Origin: Alphaproteobacteria bacterium
Lineage (GTDB): Bacteria > Pseudomonadota > Alphaproteobacteria > JACAEB01
Length of the DNA: 44,589 nt
NCBI GenBank assembly: GCA_013389075.1
Contig: JACAEB010000116.1
Span: 1 to 44,589 of the forward strand
Direction: 5' to 3'
Below, piece after piece: positions 1 to 8,868 of this stretch. A model generated the notes under the pieces. That model saw only the letters and a program-made list of their open reading frames with translations. It had not been told where the DNA came from and made no database searches. The position numbers and the translations under genes were made by a program. Each line of letters begins with the position of its first letter. The first letter of the stretch is position 1.

Positions 1-1
1 C

Positions 2-688
2 GAGGGCCTCGTCGAGGTGCAGGACGAGGGCTCGCAGATCCTCGCAGAGCTCGTCGGCGCGCGGCCGGGGGACCGCGTCGCCGATTTCTGCGCGGGCGCG
101 GGCGGCAAGACGCTCGCCATCGCCGCCGCCATGCGGAACAAGGGCACGCTCGTCGCGACCGACACGCTCCCCGGCCGGCTCGAGCGGGCACGGCTGCGCT
201 TCCGGCGGGCGGGCGTGCACAATGTCACGACACGGAGCCTTTCCTCGGCCCGCGACAAATGGGTGAAGGGCCACAGGGGCGATTTCGACCGCGTGCTCGT
301 GGATGCGCCCTGCTCGGGCGTCGGTGCCTGGCGGCGCAATCCCGATGCACGCTGGAACCGGCTCGGCCCCGACCTCGCCGAGCTGATCGCCCTGCAGGCG
401 GACATTCTCGACAGCGCCGAGCGGCTGGTCCGGCCCGGCGGCCGCCTCGTCTATGCGACCTGTTCGCTTCTGCCCGAGGAGAACGAGGCGCAGGCTGAGA
501 GGTTTCTCGCCGCCCATCCCGAGTTTCGGCTCTGTCCGCTGCCGGCCGTCTGGGCCGAGACACTGGGCGGCCCGCCGCCGGTGGAGGGGACCTGTCTGCG
601 TCTCACGCCCGCCCGTCACGGCACGGACGGATTCTTCGCCGCCATTTTCGAGCGCGTCGCGGACGGCGTGCCGGGCGAGGACGGCTAG
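2..688 (+). CDS. RsmB/NOL1/NOP2/Sun-family RNA cytosine-C5 methyltransferase, C-terminal part (5' end outside window)
   Basis: The frame is open from base 2 (EGLVEVQDEGSQ...). It has the SAM-binding stretch DFCAGAGGKT and the two catalytic-Cys motifs DRVLVDAPCSGVG and YATCSL typical of the Sun/RsmB family. Stop is TAG 686-688. Confidence 0.85.
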   Translation, partial: EGLVEVQDEGSQILAELVGARPGDRVADFCAGAGGKTLAIAAAMRNKGTLVATDTLPGRLERARLRFRRAGVHNVTTRSLSSARDKWVKGHRGDFDRVLVDAPCSGVGAWRRNPDARWNRLGPDLAELIALQADILDSAERLVRPGGRLVYATCSLLPEENEAQAERFLAAHPEFRLCPLPAVWAETLGGPPPVEGTCLRLTPARHGTDGFFAAIFERVADGVPGEDG

Positions 689-1710
689 GCCGGACTGGTC
701 CGCCGGGCGGAAATGCCGCCGCGCAGCAGGGTCGCCACGGCCTCGGGCAGGGGGCGGGGCTCGTGATCGTTCAGCCAGAGCCTCAGGAGAAGCCGCCGCC
801 GCTCCGGCTCCGGATGATCCTCGAAGCGGTCCCGCTTGTGCAGGGTCAGGAGATTGCTGAAGACGACGAGCTCGCCGGGCGCCAGCCGCAGATCGACCCG
901 CAGGGCGTCGTCCTCGGCGTAGCGCTCGAGGAGGTCGATCGCCTCGATCTCCCGCGCGCTCAGCGCGATCCGGTTCTTCGCCGGCGCCGTGCGGATGGTC
1001 TTGCCGTTGTAGCCCGAGCTGAGATGCCCCTCATGATAGAGGAAGACGGGCCAGCGCGTCGGGCTCGTCTCCCGGCCGGTGCCCTTCTCGCCATAGCCGC
1101 GCAGGTCGTTGTAGAAGCCGCGATAGAGCAGGGGGAGGAGATCGGGCCGGGTCTCGCGCAGGATGTTGTGAATCGTCCCGGTACTGACGAGCGAGGTCGT
1201 TCCCCCGCTCTTCGCCGAACGCAGGCACAGGAGCGAGGAGAGATCGCACCCGTCCGAATGGGGCCGGAGTTCGTCATTCGACATGTAGCCGCGCGCGTTC
1301 GGGTCGATCGCGTAGTCCTGCCCGACATCCATGACCTCGCCGATGAGATCGCCGGCGACGTTCTGGGACTTCAGCGTCCCGAGCGCCTCCCCGAACCACA
1401 CATAGCCGCGCTCGATCTCCGGACGGTTCATCTCCTCGATCGGCCAGCCGGTGAGGAGGAAGAGGCCCCGCCCCCGGCGCAGCTCGTCCGCCACCCGGTC
1501 GAGCCGGGCCTCGAGATGGGGGGCAAGGCGCCGCCGGTCCTCGGGGCCGGGCGGGGGCGATGGCAGCCGCGCGATCCGCAGAATCTCGGCCCGTTCGGCA
1601 TCGGTGAGCCGATGGCGCCAGCTCGTGTCGGACGCGAGGTCGGCCGCGCGCCAGCAGGCCGGTCCCGTGAGGGGCGCATCGAGCATCGCCCCGGGTCGAT
1701 CGTCGGTCAT
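685..1710 (-). CDS. TauD/TfdA-family Fe(II)/2-oxoglutarate dioxygenase
   Basis: 341-aa ORF with GGAGG 7 nt upstream of the ATG at 1710. The core RPHSDGCDLSSLLCLRSAKSGGTTSLVS (H-x-D) and the overall length resemble TauD/TfdA or gamma-butyrobetaine-hydroxylase-like enzymes. The opposite-strand ORF 763..1755 is Arg/Gly/Pro-rich with no motif. Confidence 0.7.
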   Translation of the reverse strand: MTDDRPGAMLDAPLTGPACWRAADLASDTSWRHRLTDAERAEILRIARLPSPPPGPEDRRRLAPHLEARLDRVADELRRGRGLFLLTGWPIEEMNRPEIERGYVWFGEALGTLKSQNVAGDLIGEVMDVGQDYAIDPNARGYMSNDELRPHSDGCDLSSLLCLRSAKSGGTTSLVSTGTIHNILRETRPDLLPLLYRGFYNDLRGYGEKGTGRETSPTRWPVFLYHEGHLSSGYNGKTIRTAPAKNRIALSAREIEAIDLLERYAEDDALRVDLRLAPGELVVFSNLLTLHKRDRFEDHPEPERRRLLLRLWLNDHEPRPLPEAVATLLRGGISARRTSPA

Positions 1711-1917
1711 TCCGCTTCCTCCCGGTCTTCCGCCTCTTTGCGAGGTCGGGCATGAGGGAAGTTAGCCACGAACCGGCGCACGCGTCATCGCCCGATGCAT
1801 CTTTGCGGCCCCCGCGTGCCGGCGCCCGTCGACTTGACGCAGCCGTCATCCATTGGCGATGGTTGCACCAATAACGGGTGGCCGGTTGCAGCAGGACCGG
1901 GACTTCGGGGTGGGGGC

Positions 1918-4125
1918 ATGGAGCAGCCGGACCGGGCCGCGCCGGGAGAGGCGGGGGACGCACGCAGTGCGGCCGCGATCTGGGCTCATCGGCGGCAATG
2001 GCCGGAGCTGAGCGCCTACCGGCTGACCGCCCGCCTCGCGCGGCCGGCGCTCGTGCTGCTCGTCCTCGGGCTGCTTCTGGCACCGGGCGCCATGCTGGCG
2101 GCGGGCCTTGCGGCCTGCATGGGGTTTCATCTCGTCGACCTCGCCTTCACGCTGCGCATCGCCATGGCCGGCCGCGGCGGCGTGCCCCTCCGGCCGGGGC
2201 CGTGCCTGCCGGACGAGGCGCTGCCCGTCTACACGCTGCTTCTGCCCGTCCATGACGAGGCCGCGCAGATCGACCCCCTGCTTCGGTCGATCGACGCGCT
2301 CGCCTATCCGCGCGCCCGGCTCGATGCCCGCCTCCTCGTCGAGGCCGACGATGCCGCGACGCTGGCGGCGGCGCGGACGGCGGTGGCATCGCGGCCGCAT
2401 GTGACGCTGGTCCGCGTGCCGCCCTCCCTGCCGCGGACCAAGCCCAAGGCGATGAACTACGCGCTCGCCGATGTCCGGGGCGCCTTCCTGACCATCTACG
2501 ATGCCGAGGACCGTCCGCATCCGGACCAGCTCCGCCGCGCGGTCGAGGCCTTCGCCGAGGGCGGGCCGGCCCTCGCCTGTCTGCAGGCCCAGCTCGGCTA
2601 TCACAATGCCGGCCGGAACTGGCTCACCGGCCAGTTCGAGCTCGAATACCGGCAATGGTTCCAGCTCTTCCTGCCGGGGCTCGCCCGTCTCGGCCTGCCG
2701 ATCCCGCTCGGGGGGACGTCGAACCATTTCCGCGTCGATGTGCTGCGGCGGCTGGGCGGCTGGGATCCCTTCAACGTGACCGAGGATGCCGAGCTCGGGC
2801 TTCGCCTCGCAGAGGCGGGCTATCGTGTGGGCTGCCTGTCTTCGCTGACCGAGGAGGAAGCCTGCTCGCGCCTCGGGCCATGGCTGCGCCAGCGCACGCG
2901 CTGGACCAAGGGCTATCTCCAGACCTTTCTCCTGCGCTGCCTCGATCCGCGCCGGCATGTCCGGCGCATGGGCCTGCGCGCCTATGCCGCCGCGCAGCTC
3001 TTCCTCGGCGGGCGGATCGTCGCCGCGCTGATCAACCCGCTGCTCTGGCTCGGCCTCCTCTCCGGGATGCAGGCCGCCACGCCCGGTTCGCCCCTGACGC
3101 TCGCGGGCGGGATGGGGCTGTCGACCCTCGCCATGATGGGCCTTGCCGCCATCGTGCCGCTGCGCCAGCGGGCGAGGGGCCTCCTCTGGTTCGTGCCGAC
3201 CCTGCCTCTCTACTGGGTGCTGGGCGCGGTCGCGGGATACCGCGCGCTCCTGCAGCTCTTCATGGCGCCCCATCTGTGGGAGAAGACGCCGCACGGGCTC
3301 GACGGGCTCGCGCGTCCCGCCCGGCGGCCTCCCGCGCGGGCGGCCCTGCCGGCGCTCGGTCTCGGTCTTCTCGCCGTGCTTGTGACCCCCGGGCCGGCCG
3401 TCGGCGGCGCCTGGACGCGCGAGCGCGGGGACGCCCTCCTGATCTCGGAGCTGCGCCGGCTCGGGGCGGGCGAGCGCTTCGACGCGGCCGGGCAGCCCGA
3501 GGCGCTCGCCGCCTATGAGAAGCGCGAATTCGACGTGTACGCCGAATACGGCCTGCGCGACTGGCTGACCGGGGTGGGCACCCTCCTCGTGCAGACGGTC
3601 GAGGCGGAGGGGCCCTCGCCCTCGGGGGAGCGGGTCGAGCTCGGGCTCGGCGCGCGGGTGCGGCTATTCGAGGCGGCCGGCGTCGCCCTGGCCGCCGAGG
3701 GGCGGATCCTCGTTCCGAGCCGGGGGCTCGGCGGTGCCTCCGAGGCGCTCGAGAGCGGGGAGCCGGAAGTCGAGCTGCGCGGCCTTCTCGGTACCTCCTA
3801 CGAGGCGTTCGGCCGGCCGGGCTACAGCGAGGTGCAGGGCGCCTGGCGGCCGCGGACGGGCGCGTTCGGCGATCTCGTCGAGGCGACGGTGTCGCTCGGC
3901 TATTCGCTCACCGATCCCATCGAGGTGACGATCGGCGCGCGCCGGCTCGCCGAGCTGTCGGGGACCGAGGATCCGGCGATCGCGAGCTTCCTCGAGGTGA
4001 ATGCGGGCGTCCGCCTCGTGCTGGGGCCGCGCTGGTCGATGCGCCTGACGGCCCGCAAGACGCTCGAGGGACGAAACGCGGTCCGCGAAGCGGGTGGCGG
4101 AATCGCCCTCTGGCGCCGCCTCTAG
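1918..4125 (+). CDS. Processive family-2 glycosyltransferase (membrane synthase) with a C-terminal extension of about 240 aa that is rich in beta-strands
   Basis: ORF 1795..4125. ATG 1918 (MEQPDR) is preferred, but 1795 is not excluded. GT-A motifs are present: YTLLLPVHDE, KPKAMNYAL, YDAEDRP (DxD), TEDAELGLR, and the processive-synthase signature QRTRW (LRQRTRWTKGY). Hydrophobic helices lie before and after the catalytic domain. After WEKTPHG there is a signal-anchor-like segment (RRPPARAALPALGLGLLAVLVTPGPAVGG) and then alternating beta-like sequence to the stop. Confidence 0.8.
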   Translation: MEQPDRAAPGEAGDARSAAAIWAHRRQWPELSAYRLTARLARPALVLLVLGLLLAPGAMLAAGLAACMGFHLVDLAFTLRIAMAGRGGVPLRPGPCLPDEALPVYTLLLPVHDEAAQIDPLLRSIDALAYPRARLDARLLVEADDAATLAAARTAVASRPHVTLVRVPPSLPRTKPKAMNYALADVRGAFLTIYDAEDRPHPDQLRRAVEAFAEGGPALACLQAQLGYHNAGRNWLTGQFELEYRQWFQLFLPGLARLGLPIPLGGTSNHFRVDVLRRLGGWDPFNVTEDAELGLRLAEAGYRVGCLSSLTEEEACSRLGPWLRQRTRWTKGYLQTFLLRCLDPRRHVRRMGLRAYAAAQLFLGGRIVAALINPLLWLGLLSGMQAATPGSPLTLAGGMGLSTLAMMGLAAIVPLRQRARGLLWFVPTLPLYWVLGAVAGYRALLQLFMAPHLWEKTPHGLDGLARPARRPPARAALPALGLGLLAVLVTPGPAVGGAWTRERGDALLISELRRLGAGERFDAAGQPEALAAYEKREFDVYAEYGLRDWLTGVGTLLVQTVEAEGPSPSGERVELGLGARVRLFEAAGVALAAEGRILVPSRGLGGASEALESGEPEVELRGLLGTSYEAFGRPGYSEVQGAWRPRTGAFGDLVEATVSLGYSLTDPIEVTIGARRLAELSGTEDPAIASFLEVNAGVRLVLGPRWSMRLTARKTLEGRNAVREAGGGIALWRRL

Positions 4126-4343
4126 GAGGATGACGCCGGCGCGCGGCCCGACCGGACACCTTATTCGCAGGTGCCGCATGATGTGGGATGCACCTTCCGT
4201 TCTGGAGGTCTGGGGTGCGCGCGCGGGTGTCGGCCAGCGGCCGGTTCGGGCTTCCTGCCATCATCGTGTCGCATCCGGACGGGAATGTCGGACCCTCGGG
4301 CGTCGGATCGCCGGGAGAGGCTGACTTTCCCGACGCGAAGTGT

Positions 4344-5588
4344 ATGTCCCTCATGACCCCCCGCCAGCCGGCATCCGCCTGCCCGGGGGCACAGCAGATG
4401 GAACCGCGCATGGAGCCCTCGACGCCCAAAGAGCCCCGGACACGGCGCGCCGTGAAGCGCGAGGCTCTTTTTACCTTTGGTGCGGCCCTCGGCCTGGCGG
4501 GACTTCTCGTCGGCGGCTATCTCTGGCTCTGGCCCGGGTCGGGAGGGGATGCCGGGGCGCCGGGCGCCGCCCGGGGCGAACGCGCCGCGCGGGCCGTCCC
4601 GGTGGTCGTGGCCGAGATCGAGTATTCCGATTTCGTGGACCGGATTGAGGCGCTGGGCACGGCGGGCGCCAATGAATCCGTCACCCTCACCGCCAAGGTG
4701 TCCGACCAGGTCAGCGCCATCCATTTCACCGACGGCATGCTGGTCGAGGCAGGGGACGTGCTGGTCGAACTCGCGAGCGACGAGAACGCCGCCCAGCTCG
4801 CCCAGGCGCGCGCGAGCCTCGACGAGGCCGAGAAGGCCTATCGCCGCATCCTCGATCTCGAGCAGCGGGGCACCTCGACGCGCGCCCAGCTCGACAGCGC
4901 GCTCGCCCGCCGGAATGTCGCGCAGGCCCAGGTCGAGGCCATCGAGGCGCGCCTGGCCGACCGGATCGTGCGGGCGCCCTTCTCCGGGGTGCTCGGCCTG
5001 CGGATGGTCAGCCTCGGCACGCTGATGCGTCCGGGGGACGTGATCACGACGCTCGACGACATCAGCCGCATCAAGGTGGATTTCTCCCTGCCCGAGAAGT
5101 TTCTCACGGCCGTGGAGCCGGGCCAGCTCATCGAGGCCAAGGCGGCGGCCTATGCGGGCGAGACCTTTCGCGGCGAGGTCACGGCCGTCGACACGCGGGT
5201 CGATCCGGTGACGCGCGCGGCGACGGTGCGCGCCGAGATCCCGAACGAGGACCGCCGTCTCAAGCCGGGCATGCTGATGATGCTCGAGGTGCTGAGCAAC
5301 CAGCGCCGCTCCATGACCCTGCCCGAGGTCGCCGTCTATCCGGTCGCCGACCAGAACTATGTCTGGGTGGTCGAGAACGGGCGGGCCAAGCGGCGCGCGG
5401 TCGAGACGGGCGGGCGGCGCCCGGGCCTCGTCGAGATCCTCGCCGGCGTCGCGGAAGGCGAGAAGGTGATCGTCGAGGGTGTCAACCGCGTGCAGGAGAA
5501 CCGCGCGGTCGAGATCCTCAACGCGGCGGAGGACAGCGCGGAGAAGACCGCGGGCCTCGGCAGCGAGGGGGCTGCGCTCACGCCATGA
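4344..5588 (+). CDS. RND efflux periplasmic adaptor (membrane fusion protein)
   Basis: The stop overlaps the pump start (ATGA at 5585-5588). It has the membrane anchor ALFTFGAALGLAGLLVGGYLWL, a coiled-coil hairpin (AQLAQARASLDEAEKAYRR ... RRNVAQAQVEAIEARL) and the adaptor signature VRAPFSGVLGLR. The start is uncertain: ATG 4344 was chosen, and 4188, 4398 and 4410 are in-frame alternatives. Confidence 0.85.
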   Translation: MSLMTPRQPASACPGAQQMEPRMEPSTPKEPRTRRAVKREALFTFGAALGLAGLLVGGYLWLWPGSGGDAGAPGAARGERAARAVPVVVAEIEYSDFVDRIEALGTAGANESVTLTAKVSDQVSAIHFTDGMLVEAGDVLVELASDENAAQLAQARASLDEAEKAYRRILDLEQRGTSTRAQLDSALARRNVAQAQVEAIEARLADRIVRAPFSGVLGLRMVSLGTLMRPGDVITTLDDISRIKVDFSLPEKFLTAVEPGQLIEAKAAAYAGETFRGEVTAVDTRVDPVTRAATVRAEIPNEDRRLKPGMLMMLEVLSNQRRSMTLPEVAVYPVADQNYVWVVENGRAKRRAVETGGRRPGLVEILAGVAEGEKVIVEGVNRVQENRAVEILNAAEDSAEKTAGLGSEGAALTP

Positions 5589-8500
5589 TCCTCTCGGACA
5601 TCTCCATCAAGCGGCCCGTCTTCGCCACCGTCGTCTCGGTGCTGATGACCGCGTTCGGCGCGCTCGCCTATCTGTCGCTGCCGCTGCAGGAGAACCCGGA
5701 CGTCGAGTCGAGCTTCGTCTCCATCGAGACCTCCTATCGGGGCGCCTCGGCGGGGATCATCGACAGCCGCATCACCGAGATGATCGAGGACCGGGTTGGC
5801 GGCATTTCGGGGATCAAGTCGATCCAGTCGCGCAGCCGCGACGGACAGTCCGAGGTCAATCTCGAATTCGAGCCCTCGCGCGATGTGGACGACGCGGCCA
5901 ACGATGTGCGCGACGCCATATCGCGGATCCTCGACAACGTGCCCGACGGGGCCGATCCGCCTGAGATCGCCAAGGCCGGCTCGTCCGACGACACGGTGGC
6001 CTACTACCACCTCAATTCGAGCACGATGAACAATCTCGAGCTCACCGACTATGCCGAGCGCTTCATCGTCGACCAGTTCGCGGCCATCGAGGGCGTGGCG
6101 CGCATCCGCGTGTCGGGTCAGCGCTACGCCATGCGCATCTGGCTCGACCGCCAGGCGCTGGCCGCGCGCGGGCTCACCGTCACCGACATCGAGCAGCGCC
6201 TGCGCTCGGAGAACATCGAGCTGCCGGCCGGCTCCCTCGAATCCACCTCCCGCGACTTCACCGTCCGGGTCCCCCGCGCCTATCGGACGGCGGACGATTT
6301 CGCGAGCCTCGTGATCCGGGAGGGGCGGGACGGGCATCTCATCCGCCTCGGCGAGCTGGCCGAGGTGGTCCTCGCGGCCGAGGAGAACCGCATCCTCTAC
6401 GAGGGGAACGGCGAGCCCCAGGTCGGCATCGGCATCAATCGTCAGTCCAAGGCGAATCTCATCCAGGTGGCTGCCGATGCGGCCGCCGTCGCCGAGCGGA
6501 TCCGGGCCACCCTGCCGCCGGGCATGACGCTCGAGAAGAACTATGACGAGAGCGAGTTCGTCTCGGCGGCGATCCGCGAGGTCTATGCGACGCTCGCGAT
6601 CGCATTGCTCCTCGTGGTGCTCGTCATCTATCTCTTCCTCGGCTCGGTGCGCGCGGCGCTGATCCCGGCCGTCACCGTGCCGATCTGCCTCACGGCGAGC
6701 TTCCTCGTGCTCGCGGCGGCGGGCGCCACCATCAACATGATGACGCTGCTGGGGCTCGTGCTCGCCATCGGCCTCGTGGTCGACGATGCGATCGTGGTGC
6801 TCGAGAACGTGCAGCGCCGGATCGAACTTGGCGAGCCGCCGCTGATCGCGGCCTATCGCGGCACGCGGGAGGTGGGGTTCGCGGTGGTGGCGACCACGGT
6901 CGTGGTCATCGCCGTGTTCGTGCCCGTCATCTTCGTCAAGGGCGTCGTGGGCCCGCTCTTTGCCGAGCTCGGCATCGCCGTGTCGAGCGCGGTGGCCTTC
7001 TCGACCCTGGTCGCGCTCACCCTGTCGGCGATGATGTGCTCCAAGCTCCTCAAGCGCGACGAGCGGCGCGGCACGCTCGCCATGCTCTTCAGCCGGGGCG
7101 TCGACCGGGCGAGCGCGGGTTACGGGCGCGCCCTCGAGGCGGTCGTCGACCGGCCGCTGATCGCGACCGCGCTGATGGGGGGCATCTTCGCGGCCGGCTT
7201 TTATCTGTGGACCGAGCTTCCGCGCGAGCTGATGCCGAGCGAGGACCGCGGCATGGCCTTCGTCAACATCAACGGGCCGGAAGGGGCGGGCTTCGACTAC
7301 ATGCTCCCCTACACCCGCGCCATGCAGGAAAAGCTCGAGGAGCTCCGCCAGCAGGGCGCGATCGAGCGCTATTTCATCCGCCAGCCCTGGGGCTGGGGCG
7401 GCAACTCGTTCAACAGCGCCGGCGCGATGGTGACGCTGCCGCCCTGGGACAAGCGGACCGTCTCGGGCGAGGATTTCGTCTCCGACATGAACGCCTTCCT
7501 CGACCGCATGCCGGGCGTCCAGGGGCGGGCGGGGATGCGCGGGGGCTTCTCGCGGGGCGGCGGGGAAAGCGACGGCCCGCCGGTCAATTTCGTGATCGGT
7601 GGCGGCACCTATGACGAGCTCGCCCAGTGGCGCGACTATGTCCTCGAGCGCGCCGCCGAAAACCCCGGGCTCATCGGGGTGCGGTCCGACTATTGGGAGA
7701 CCCAGCCGCAGATGGACGTGCAGATCGACCGCGAGCGCGCGGCCGATCTCGGCGTCTCGATCGAGGACATCCACCGCACGCTGCAGACCATGCTGGGCGG
7801 ACGGCGGGTCACGACCTTCGTCCTCGATGGCGAGGAGCGTCCGGTGATGGTGCAGCTGCGGCCCGAGGACCGGGCCCAGCCCAACGATCTTGCCAATATC
7901 AACGTGCGCGCCGACCGGACCGGGGCGATCGTCCCGCTCTCCTCGCTCGTGACCCTCACCGAGTCGGGCAAGGCGCCGAGCCTCAACCGCTACAACCGCA
8001 TCCGGGCCATCACCATCACCGCCAATCTGGCCGAGGGCTACACGCTCGGAGAGGCGCTCGAATTCCTCGACAAGGTCGTGCTCAACGAGCTGCCCGAGGG
8101 CGCGCGCATCGACTACAAGGGCGAGTCGCTCGACTACAAGCAGTCGCGGGATTCGCTCGCCTTCACGCTGGCGCTGTCGCTGCTCGTCGTGTTTCTCGTC
8201 CTCGCCGCCCAGTTCGAGAGCTTCATCCACCCCTTCGTCATCATGCTGACGGTTCCGGTGGCCATGCTGGGCGCGCTCGCGGGGCTCTACGTCGCGGGCT
8301 CGACCATCAATGCCTACAGCCAGATCGGCATGGTCATACTGGTGGGACTTGCCGCCAAGAACGGCATCCTCATCGTGGAGTTCGCGAACCAGCTCCGGGA
8401 GCGCGGAGAGGCGGCGCGCGAGGCGCTGATCTCGGCCTGCCGGACGCGCTTCCGTCCGATCCTGATGACCGGCCTCTCGACGGCGCTCGGCGCGGTCCCG

Positions 8501-8701
8501 CTGATCATCGCCGACGGGGCCGGCTCGGCGGGCCGGATGACGATCGGCGTCGTCATCTTCTCGGGTGTCCTCTTCGCGACCTTCGTCACGCTGTTCATCG
8601 TGCCGGTCTATTACAACCTCCTTTCGCGCTTCACCGGGGCGCCCGGCCGCATCGCCCGCGAGATCGATGCCTTCGAGGCCCGGCCCGGCGCCGCCGAGTG
8701 A
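5585..8701 (+). CDS. RND (AcrB/HAE1-type) efflux transporter permease
   Basis: 1038 aa. The N-terminus MILSDISIKRPVFATVVSVLMTAFGALAYLSLPLQENPDVE is classic AcrB family. It shows the 12-TM layout with two large periplasmic loops, plus conserved GLVVDDAIVVLEN and AKNGILIVEFAN motifs. No outer-membrane factor gene follows. Confidence 0.95.
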   Translation: MILSDISIKRPVFATVVSVLMTAFGALAYLSLPLQENPDVESSFVSIETSYRGASAGIIDSRITEMIEDRVGGISGIKSIQSRSRDGQSEVNLEFEPSRDVDDAANDVRDAISRILDNVPDGADPPEIAKAGSSDDTVAYYHLNSSTMNNLELTDYAERFIVDQFAAIEGVARIRVSGQRYAMRIWLDRQALAARGLTVTDIEQRLRSENIELPAGSLESTSRDFTVRVPRAYRTADDFASLVIREGRDGHLIRLGELAEVVLAAEENRILYEGNGEPQVGIGINRQSKANLIQVAADAAAVAERIRATLPPGMTLEKNYDESEFVSAAIREVYATLAIALLLVVLVIYLFLGSVRAALIPAVTVPICLTASFLVLAAAGATINMMTLLGLVLAIGLVVDDAIVVLENVQRRIELGEPPLIAAYRGTREVGFAVVATTVVVIAVFVPVIFVKGVVGPLFAELGIAVSSAVAFSTLVALTLSAMMCSKLLKRDERRGTLAMLFSRGVDRASAGYGRALEAVVDRPLIATALMGGIFAAGFYLWTELPRELMPSEDRGMAFVNINGPEGAGFDYMLPYTRAMQEKLEELRQQGAIERYFIRQPWGWGGNSFNSAGAMVTLPPWDKRTVSGEDFVSDMNAFLDRMPGVQGRAGMRGGFSRGGGESDGPPVNFVIGGGTYDELAQWRDYVLERAAENPGLIGVRSDYWETQPQMDVQIDRERAADLGVSIEDIHRTLQTMLGGRRVTTFVLDGEERPVMVQLRPEDRAQPNDLANINVRADRTGAIVPLSSLVTLTESGKAPSLNRYNRIRAITITANLAEGYTLGEALEFLDKVVLNELPEGARIDYKGESLDYKQSRDSLAFTLALSLLVVFLVLAAQFESFIHPFVIMLTVPVAMLGALAGLYVAGSTINAYSQIGMVILVGLAAKNGILIVEFANQLRERGEAAREALISACRTRFRPILMTGLSTALGAVPLIIADGAGSAGRMTIGVVIFSGVLFATFVTLFIVPVYYNLLSRFTGAPGRIAREIDAFEARPGAAE

Positions 8702-8868
8702 GCCGCGCCGCCCCCGTGCGGGCCCCGGCGCATTGACGCGCAGGGCGCGGCGCGCCAGAACCACCCCGAAGAGCCGGATGGCCGCTGGTATGGTTCTTGG
8801 ATCGGACCGCCATCGGCCCCCGCGCCGAAAGACCCCCGCCCCGGGGGCATGGAGGACGAAGAGCGCCC

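Noticed and set aside
5357-8764. 1135-aa ORF antisense to the RND pump gene, the longest ORF in the window
   Set aside because: The product is dominated by Arg/Asp/Glu/Gly/His runs and has no motif, TM segment or signal peptide. The opposite strand encodes an unmistakable AcrB-type protein from end to end. Long antisense ORFs are expected at this GC content because stop codons are AT-rich.
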